A stretch of 50,665 nt of DNA. Source: Candidatus Iainarchaeum sp. (GTDB lineage Archaea > Iainarchaeota > Iainarchaeia > Iainarchaeales > Iainarchaeaceae). The notes below the pieces were generated by a model. That model had not been told where the DNA came from. It saw nothing but the letters and a program-made list of their open reading frames with translations, and ran no database searches. Positions 44,755-50,665 of the stretch are shown here, in pieces (within the stretch, counting starts at the first letter, position 1; every line of letters starts with the position of its first letter). The position numbers and the translations under genes are program-made. Location: the NCBI GenBank assembly GCA_043812975.1, contig JBDRLP010000044.1, positions 1 to 50,665 on the forward strand, written 5' to 3'.

Positions 44755-44842
44755 ACTTTCCGAGTTTCCCCCTTGTGGGGACTTCGCCAAAGCGAAGCGG
44801 CTCGGAAGAGCGACGGATATCCCATCTAAGATGGGATAGGCC
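44755..44842. repeat. REP-like structured element, copy C
   Basis: TTCCGAG/CTCGGAA stem enclosing two hairpins, linker CGACGGA, then TATCCCATC-taa-GATGGGATA-GGCC. Confidence 0.8.
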
Positions 44843-44852
44843 TCAAGAAAAC

Positions 44853-46094
44853 CTAATTTTTCATTAACTCTCTTAGAATAGTGGTAGCATAATTGCCCTT
44901 CTCAAGCCTGAAAGAAATACTAACTTTAAGTTTTCCTTCGTTCAATTCATCTTTCTCAATTGAAAGCAATTTTAATTCTTCAGGTTTTACAGAAATCTTT
45001 TTTCTGGTTCCAGAACAACTAAGTTCAGGAAAACTTTTCACTTTAAAATCCGTAAGTTTTAGTCCTTCTTTTTCAAGAGCATTTTTTTCAATTTCTCCTT
45101 GAATTCCAGTTGGTAATTCAGAATCAAAACCAAGGAGTCCCGCTGTTGGCATTCCGTCTTTCAGAATATCCCCTTCAGTTTTTTCTAAACCAATCCCTCT
45201 TTCGATTCTTTCATTAATCATTTCATTAAATAAATAACTCTGATAAGCATGAGTAAACAAATAAATCAAGTGTTTTGGTAAATTCTGAAAAGCACCCACA
45301 AAATCTTTTGGGAATTTGCATAAATGATGTATGATTGCTCTTTCATATCTAAATTTTGTTGGGAATTCTTTTGTCGCTCTTGAAAAATCTTTTGTTTCTG
45401 CAAGATTTTTTCTCGCTAAAGCAATTTCCTCTTCTTCTCCTTCAGCAGGAGACGTCAAGTAAAGCATTACGGCTTCTTTCATGTTTCCTTTTATGAATTC
45501 TCTTCCAACCCGATGAGTAATTTGTCTTATTCCTCCAAATCTTTGTTCGCCAAAATAATTTATTACTCCGTTTTCCATTTCCTTAAAACATTGCGCAATA
45601 GTTTTTCTCAGTTCTTCTTCAGGTATTTCAATTTCTCTTACTGTTATTTCAAATACGTTCCCTTTCAATTTTCCAATATCAATTCTTTCATCTTGCCATT
45701 CAGGTTCCGATAATGAAACATATCTGCTCTTAAAATTTTTAAGCAACTCAAGATCAGGTTTCCATAAAGAAATTTTCTGAACAGTTATTCCTCTTTTATC
45801 TTTCATTCCTGCGTAACCAATTCTTTTTGGAGAACTTCTCATTGCTCTTGCAATTCTTCTAATTGCATTATTAGTATCAATGTTAAATTTTTCCATGGAT
45901 AAGTGTAATTGTTCTTTTTCACTTTCGGTTAATTCAAGAGGCTGTTCTCTTTTTTCTTCCCAAGTTCCAAAAGCTTTATTTTCTAAAGTAGTTCCATTAA
46001 GGGTTATTTCTTTTACAATAAAATCAGAAATTCTTCTCTTTATTCTTCCTCCAATTCCAGGAGTAGTTGTTGAGTAATATTTAATTCCCGTCAT
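44853..46094 (-). CDS. truD: tRNA pseudouridine(13) synthase TruD
   Basis: DFIVKEI, YAGMKDKRGITVQ, LKGNVF, NYFGEQRFG, HAYQSYLFN, F.LEKG.YAT..LRE. Confidence 0.96.
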   Translation of the reverse strand: MTGIKYYSTTTPGIGGRIKRRISDFIVKEITLNGTTLENKAFGTWEEKREQPLELTESEKEQLHLSMEKFNIDTNNAIRRIARAMRSSPKRIGYAGMKDKRGITVQKISLWKPDLELLKNFKSRYVSLSEPEWQDERIDIGKLKGNVFEITVREIEIPEEELRKTIAQCFKEMENGVINYFGEQRFGGIRQITHRVGREFIKGNMKEAVMLYLTSPAEGEEEEIALARKNLAETKDFSRATKEFPTKFRYERAIIHHLCKFPKDFVGAFQNLPKHLIYLFTHAYQSYLFNEMINERIERGIGLEKTEGDILKDGMPTAGLLGFDSELPTGIQGEIEKNALEKEGLKLTDFKVKSFPELSCSGTRKKISVKPEELKLLSIEKDELNEGKLKVSISFRLEKGNYATTILRELMKN

Positions 46095-46102
46095 TTTCTA
46101 AC

Positions 46103-47344
46103 CTATGTTTTGTATCTAATAAGTGCCCCAATTCCACCAAAACCACTGTAAAACTGTTCTCCTTCTGGGGTTTCTGAGGAAACAACAATCAGCTTTGAAG
46201 AGGTTTCCTCTGTTTTTTCAACCATATAATCCAAAAAATCATTTTCTTCCAAAATTTCTATCGGGGTGTTTCCTTTGTAATAATTTGGATTAAAATCACC
46301 TTTCTTATCAAACACAATTTCTATTTCATCAGTTTTAAGATTTTTAATTTTGTAAACAGTCCACTCGATTTCCTCGCTCACAAGTAAAGTGGCTACCTGC
46401 CCGATGTCAAGTGCATGCATTACTTCTTTTTCTCCATAAATTGCCAAACCATCTTTTGCTAATTCACCCAAAAAACCAATGACGGTGGTTCTCTCTTTCA
46501 TCATATCAGTATCTTTCAAAAGTTCTTCGGATTTCTGAACCAACTCTCGTATTCCAGATTCATCGGTGTAAGAAGTATCCACCATTCCAATAATTTTCTT
46601 TTTCAATCGATGATCAATCAGTTCAACATCCAAAAATGCTTGCTTGGTCATCCCTGGTCCAGCAATAACAAGACCGCGTAACTTTTCTTCATCTTTTAAG
46701 AAAGCATTATTTATTTTTTCACTGACTCTTTTGTAAAAAGTATGCTCTTCCTCTTCACGTAGGCGTTCAAATCGAGCCGCACTTTGTCCACCAGCTTTCA
46801 TTTTACCGCTGTAACCCGAAGTGAAGTGTCCAATAATTTCATATCTTTTTCCTACAAGTGAAGCAATTGTTGCTTCGTTTTTATCAATAGTCAAAAGTCC
46901 GTAAATATTATTTGGTTTCAGCATATCCAATAATGGTTTTAAGTGAAAACTCGAATCACACCAGTATCTTTTTGTCTTTAGTTCTTTAACAGGCCTTATA
47001 GTGAATAGTTTGATTTCTGTTCTTCCTTCGGTTTCAGAAATATTTCCTGCAAAAACTACTAACCCATTTTTCGGGATTTTAAAATCAATCTGTTTCAAAA
47101 AATTAATTATTTTTCTTAAAGCGCCCTGAACATTTTTCCTTGTGCTTGGGCTTTTAATATTAGAACTCTGGGAAATTTCTTCAGTTAGTTGATCCATTAC
47201 CGATCCTCTATTGGTGTTTGAAGGAATATAAACTGTAATCAGTTCAGTTCCTCTTCCAGAGTAACCACTAAGCTTTTTGACTTTCTTTTTGAAGATTACT
47301 TCGTCACTTTGGGATGCTGCTGTGTCATAATTCATAGTTATCAC
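46103..47344 (-). CDS. prf1: Peptide chain release factor aRF1
   Basis: GRGTELITVYIP, NIKS, Y.CDS.F, GGQS, FGGIGALIRY. Confidence 0.96.
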   Translation of the reverse strand: MITMNYDTAASQSDEVIFKKKVKKLSGYSGRGTELITVYIPSNTNRGSVMDQLTEEISQSSNIKSPSTRKNVQGALRKIINFLKQIDFKIPKNGLVVFAGNISETEGRTEIKLFTIRPVKELKTKRYWCDSSFHLKPLLDMLKPNNIYGLLTIDKNEATIASLVGKRYEIIGHFTSGYSGKMKAGGQSAARFERLREEEEHTFYKRVSEKINNAFLKDEEKLRGLVIAGPGMTKQAFLDVELIDHRLKKKIIGMVDTSYTDESGIRELVQKSEELLKDTDMMKERTTVIGFLGELAKDGLAIYGEKEVMHALDIGQVATLLVSEEIEWTVYKIKNLKTDEIEIVFDKKGDFNPNYYKGNTPIEILEENDFLDYMVEKTEETSSKLIVVSSETPEGEQFYSGFGGIGALIRYKT

Positions 47345-47486
47345 TAAGAATGTTAAAAGAAAATTAGGTCAAGCAAAGTTGCTTGTGTTCATATAATAAT
47401 TATCCCCTAATGCGGTTTATAATACTTCTGGGAGGGCTGATTTTTTCTTTGAGAAATGTTTTAATAACAATAAAGCCTATTCTTAA

Positions 47487-48398
47487 ATGATAAAAATGTT
47501 TGATATGTTCAATCAGCAGGAAGATTCTGATTCCCAAGAGAATCAGGAATCAGAGCATAATTCAGATTTTAATGCACCTTCAGGAAACACGTTTGTGCTT
47601 TCAATAGGCGGTTCATTGCTTGTAAAAGCAAAGCCGGATTCTGAAATGATTCAAAAAATTTCCGAAGCAATATCTGAGTTACATTCTGCCGGGAAAAGAA
47701 TTGTAATTGTTGTTGGTGGTGGAAAAACAGCACGTAATTATGTAGAAGCAATGAATGTTTCTAATAATTTTGAAAAGGATTTAATGGGGATACAGGTAAC
47801 AAGAGCAAATGCTTTTCTGTTAGCTTCTCAGATTCCTGAATGTCACAAAGAAATTTTAACAGAAATTCCAAAGGTAAAAGAAATTCTGGATTCAGGAAAA
47901 ATTCCTGTGTTCGGAGGTCTGATGCCTTTCTTTACTACTGATGCTGTTGGTGCGTTGCTTGCTGAATTTTTAGAAGCAAATTTTGTAAACATCACAAATG
48001 TTGACGGAATTTATAATGCTAATCCGAAAGATTATCCTGATGCAAAACGTTATGATGAAATTAGTTATTCGAGTTTAATTGATTTAATAAGTTCAAGCGG
48101 TTCTGAACCTGGGCAGAATGTTGTGCTTGACCTTGCGTGTTGCATGATTCTCAAAAGAAGTTTAATTCCGGCGGTTGTTTTAGACGGAAATGATATTGAA
48201 AATCTGAAAAATTATATTAATGGTTATTCTTTCATCGGAACTACAATAAAAGAAAACGCTTCTGAGGAAATGCGTAATGAAGAAGTGGAAGAATTAATGG
48301 AAAAACCAAAAAGGAAACCAAAAAAGAAACGAAAAATAAAAGTTCACAAAGATGACAAAGAATTTTCAGCCGATGATGTTGATTATTTGAAGCTTTAA
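47487..48398 (+). CDS. pyrH: UMP kinase with charged terminal extensions
   Basis: VLSIGGS, VVGGGKTARNY, D.MGI.VTR.NA, TTDAV, TNVDGIY..NPK; exact start among 3 Met uncertain. Confidence 0.92.
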   Translation: MIKMFDMFNQQEDSDSQENQESEHNSDFNAPSGNTFVLSIGGSLLVKAKPDSEMIQKISEAISELHSAGKRIVIVVGGGKTARNYVEAMNVSNNFEKDLMGIQVTRANAFLLASQIPECHKEILTEIPKVKEILDSGKIPVFGGLMPFFTTDAVGALLAEFLEANFVNITNVDGIYNANPKDYPDAKRYDEISYSSLIDLISSSGSEPGQNVVLDLACCMILKRSLIPAVVLDGNDIENLKNYINGYSFIGTTIKENASEEMRNEEVEELMEKPKRKPKKKRKIKVHKDDKEFSADDVDYLKL

Positions 48399-48406
48399 TT
48401 TTAATA

Positions 48407-48793
48407 TTACCTTCTTTTTTCTAAAAAAGTTCTTATTTCTCTTGCTATGCTTTTATCAACAATAACTCTAAATTTATTTCTAACTTTAACAGCAACATTA
48501 ATGTTAGGTGGTCTTCCATAAACTCCGAATTCTCTTGTTATTCTGCCTGATTTAACATAATATAAAGTGCCAATTCCCTGAAAGCCAATGTGCTGATTAT
48601 TTTTTGTTTCTGTAACTCTAGCATCTCTAGTGAATTCCAATGCTTCTTCCGCAATTTTTTTCATTCTTGCAGAATTTGATAGTGGTTTAGCTGATTTTTT
48701 TTTACCCCCAGCCGCACTTCTAGAACTTTCGCCTGTTCCTTTATCTGCAGCCAACTTAATACTTAATCTTCTTGGTTTAAACAATCCAGGCAT
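48407..48793 (-). CDS. Highly basic hypothetical protein
   Basis: 128-aa K/R-rich ORF starting 11 nt after the dph2 stop. Confidence 0.65.
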   Translation of the reverse strand: MPGLFKPRRLSIKLAADKGTGESSRSAAGGKKKSAKPLSNSARMKKIAEEALEFTRDARVTETKNNQHIGFQGIGTLYYVKSGRITREFGVYGRPPNINVAVKVRNKFRVIVDKSIAREIRTFLEKRR

Positions 48794-48803
48794 TTTTTTT
48801 CAC

Positions 48804-49814
48804 TCAGTGCAAAAACTCGTCTGGCTTCCATTGTTCCCATTCGAGTTCTCCTAAAGCTATTAGGCATTCGGTTGGATTTATAATTAACGTTTTCCAATTA
48901 TCAGCATCATCAAGAACAATTCTGTTACAGGCTGTATTTACAAGACAATCAACATCAATTCCAGTCATGTAACTTTCAACAACAAGATCCATTTCCAGCA
49001 AATAAGCTTTTTTTCCCTTTATTTCAATTGCTTTTTTTAACTCTAGAGCCTTTTCTTTCTGTCTCTGGCCTGATTTGACACTAACAATAATCCCGAATCT
49101 TTTTGCCTGTGAAGCTCGGGCTATTGCAGCAAATCTTTTTCTCATAAACCTGTCTCTTTGCTTTTCCCCAATTTCTTCCACTGTTCCATGTAATGGGTTA
49201 ACAATTATCACTGGTTTTTCTGTTGAAAAAATCAATCCTTGCGGGTGAAAATAACCATCTCCAAAGTAAACAGTAGCCTGAACACTTGGCTGTACTGATT
49301 CAACAACAGTATAATTACAACCAAGAACTTGTCCTTGTCCTGAAATCCTTGAGCTTCCTTTTCCCACAAAACTCTGTACTTTGTTTTCAAAAAGTTTCTT
49401 TTTTATCTCTTCTAAATAATCTCTGTACTGAGCATTAGCAATTAAAGCAACTGAACTTATTTTTCTTTTTTCAAGTTCTTTAAGCAACTTTGAAATGTTC
49501 TTATCAATTTCTTTTTCAGTAAGTTTGTAAGAAAGAGGAAGATAAAAAATATTTTTGTAAGTGTGAATTGCTGAATGCCCAATGTGAATTATAATATCTG
49601 CGTTAAGTACTTTCAAATCATTAAGAGGGAGATCGCAAGCTCCGTAGCATGGATCCATTTTCACAAAAACATTTTCACATGAATCTTTCAATTCATCAAT
49701 AAGCCATGTTGTTTTGGTTTTAAGGCCTTCAGGAATCTGCACAATAACTGTTTTGGCTTTTTGTTCTTTTAGAAATTCCTTTGCAGGTTCTAGATTAACA
49801 ATTAGTTCTGGCAT
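48804..49814 (-). CDS. dph2: Diphthamide biosynthesis enzyme Dph2
   Basis: QIPEGLK, PCYGACD, GQVLGC, GDGYFH, K.GQ, TAC.RI..DD. Confidence 0.95.
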   Translation of the reverse strand: MPELIVNLEPAKEFLKEQKAKTVIVQIPEGLKTKTTWLIDELKDSCENVFVKMDPCYGACDLPLNDLKVLNADIIIHIGHSAIHTYKNIFYLPLSYKLTEKEIDKNISKLLKELEKRKISSVALIANAQYRDYLEEIKKKLFENKVQSFVGKGSSRISGQGQVLGCNYTVVESVQPSVQATVYFGDGYFHPQGLIFSTEKPVIIVNPLHGTVEEIGEKQRDRFMRKRFAAIARASQAKRFGIIVSVKSGQRQKEKALELKKAIEIKGKKAYLLEMDLVVESYMTGIDVDCLVNTACNRIVLDDADNWKTLIINPTECLIALGELEWEQWKPDEFLH

Positions 49815-49834
49815 AACAAAAAACTAGTTCAAAA

Positions 49835-50575
49835 TTATTTCTTTTTGCCTTTGGACTTGTCGTCCTTTTTATCGTCTGCTTTAGCGTCTTTGGATGCTTC
49901 TTTCTTTGCACCCTTTGCGTCTGTTTTCTTTGCGCCTTTTCCTTCTTCTGTCTTTTCTTCACCTTCTTTTTCTTCCACTGTAACTTCTGCTTCAGCTTTT
50001 CTCATGTCTCTTGTTTTCTTTGGTTTAGTTCCTATGCTTGCAATATCATTGCTAACATCAACAGTAACTTTGCATGGGAATCTTGATGTTGCTGTAAGTA
50101 ATGCTTTTTTTGCTTTTTCAATATCTTCAGAATCAACTAAAACTGAATAAATCTTTTGTCCGTTTCTCATTCTTGCGGCTCTTCCCACACTTTTTCCATA
50201 AGAATGGCTCATTCCTTTTGAAACACGGTCAGCACCAGCGCCCTGAGCTTGTTTGTTTTCTCTCAAGATGTGGTGAGGGTAAACCCTTAGTTTTAAGAAA
50301 AAATCTTCTTTTCCGATTGAGGTAACAAGATGTCTGTTAATAATAAGTCTTGCACTTTCGAGTGCATTGTCTCTAATCTGGATTCCGAGTTTTGGGCATT
50401 TAAGTTTTAGATTAACAATTGTGTCAAATTCTTTGATTCCATTACCCATGTTCCATTGTCTGGTTTTCAGGCCAGGAACAGCACCGATATAATCTCGTTT
50501 CTGTACTCTAACTGCGTGCCTTGTATATGCACGATCCTTAGTGGAACTGTAACAATGTCCAGGTCTTAAACCCAT
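49835..50575 (-). CDS. rpl10e: 50S ribosomal protein L10e (uL16) with charged C-terminal tail
   Basis: LRPGHCY, QIRDNALESAR, RVYPHHILRENK...AGADR...GM..SYGK; ATG 50575. Confidence 0.96.
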   Translation of the reverse strand: MGLRPGHCYSSTKDRAYTRHAVRVQKRDYIGAVPGLKTRQWNMGNGIKEFDTIVNLKLKCPKLGIQIRDNALESARLIINRHLVTSIGKEDFFLKLRVYPHHILRENKQAQGAGADRVSKGMSHSYGKSVGRAARMRNGQKIYSVLVDSEDIEKAKKALLTATSRFPCKVTVDVSNDIASIGTKPKKTRDMRKAEAEVTVEEKEGEEKTEEGKGAKKTDAKGAKKEASKDAKADDKKDDKSKGKKK

Positions 50576-50665
50576 TAAAATCACTTAAAAGCCGAAAAAA
50601 CCTAAATTAAAGGTTACTTCAGAACTACTAATTCTTCTCAAGAATGCTTTAAAAACCTTGCTTTC

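Noticed and set aside
44755-44810. Three-way junction as a tRNA or hammerhead ribozyme
   Set aside because: No T-loop or anticodon arm geometry; the minus strand has GAAA after a stem but lacks the CUGANGA core
44716-44897. truD duplicate as a DGR template/variable repeat pair
   Set aside because: Mismatches are not confined to adenines of one copy, all are synonymous, and no reverse transcriptase is present

Overview
AT-rich (roughly one-third GC by eye), gene-dense chromosomal segment of an archaeon. It is most likely a DPANN lineage; Iainarchaeota/Diapherotrites is only an impression from gene content and style. Housekeeping genes recognised: cdc6/orc1, rfcL, pheS/pheT, nob1-like, rnz, intein-containing lonB, csl4-rpoL, signal peptidase I, two PCNA genes, priL, priS, gins15, rps27e, aIF2-alpha, PAC2, endoQ-like, S-layer protein, truD, aRF1, pyrH, dph2 and rpl10e. 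Accessory content: two convergent operons encoding six class III signal-peptide (pilin-like) proteins that share a near-identical 23-bp promoter element, next to a membrane-anchored ArsR regulator; five toxin-antitoxin loci; a zinc-ribbon paralog trio; and a processive GT2 locus. The most unusual signals are as follows. Two complete TA transcription units are each boxed by 21-25 bp imperfect direct repeats, with no recombinase in the window. A REP-like palindrome family occurs three times, and one copy sits between truD and a synonymously recoded duplicate of the truD 3' end. A protamine/histone-H1-like 72-aa gene with strong expression signals lies inside the replication cluster. No tRNA, rRNA, CRISPR array, integrase or transposase was recognised. 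All calls are from motif recognition by eye; no searches were run.
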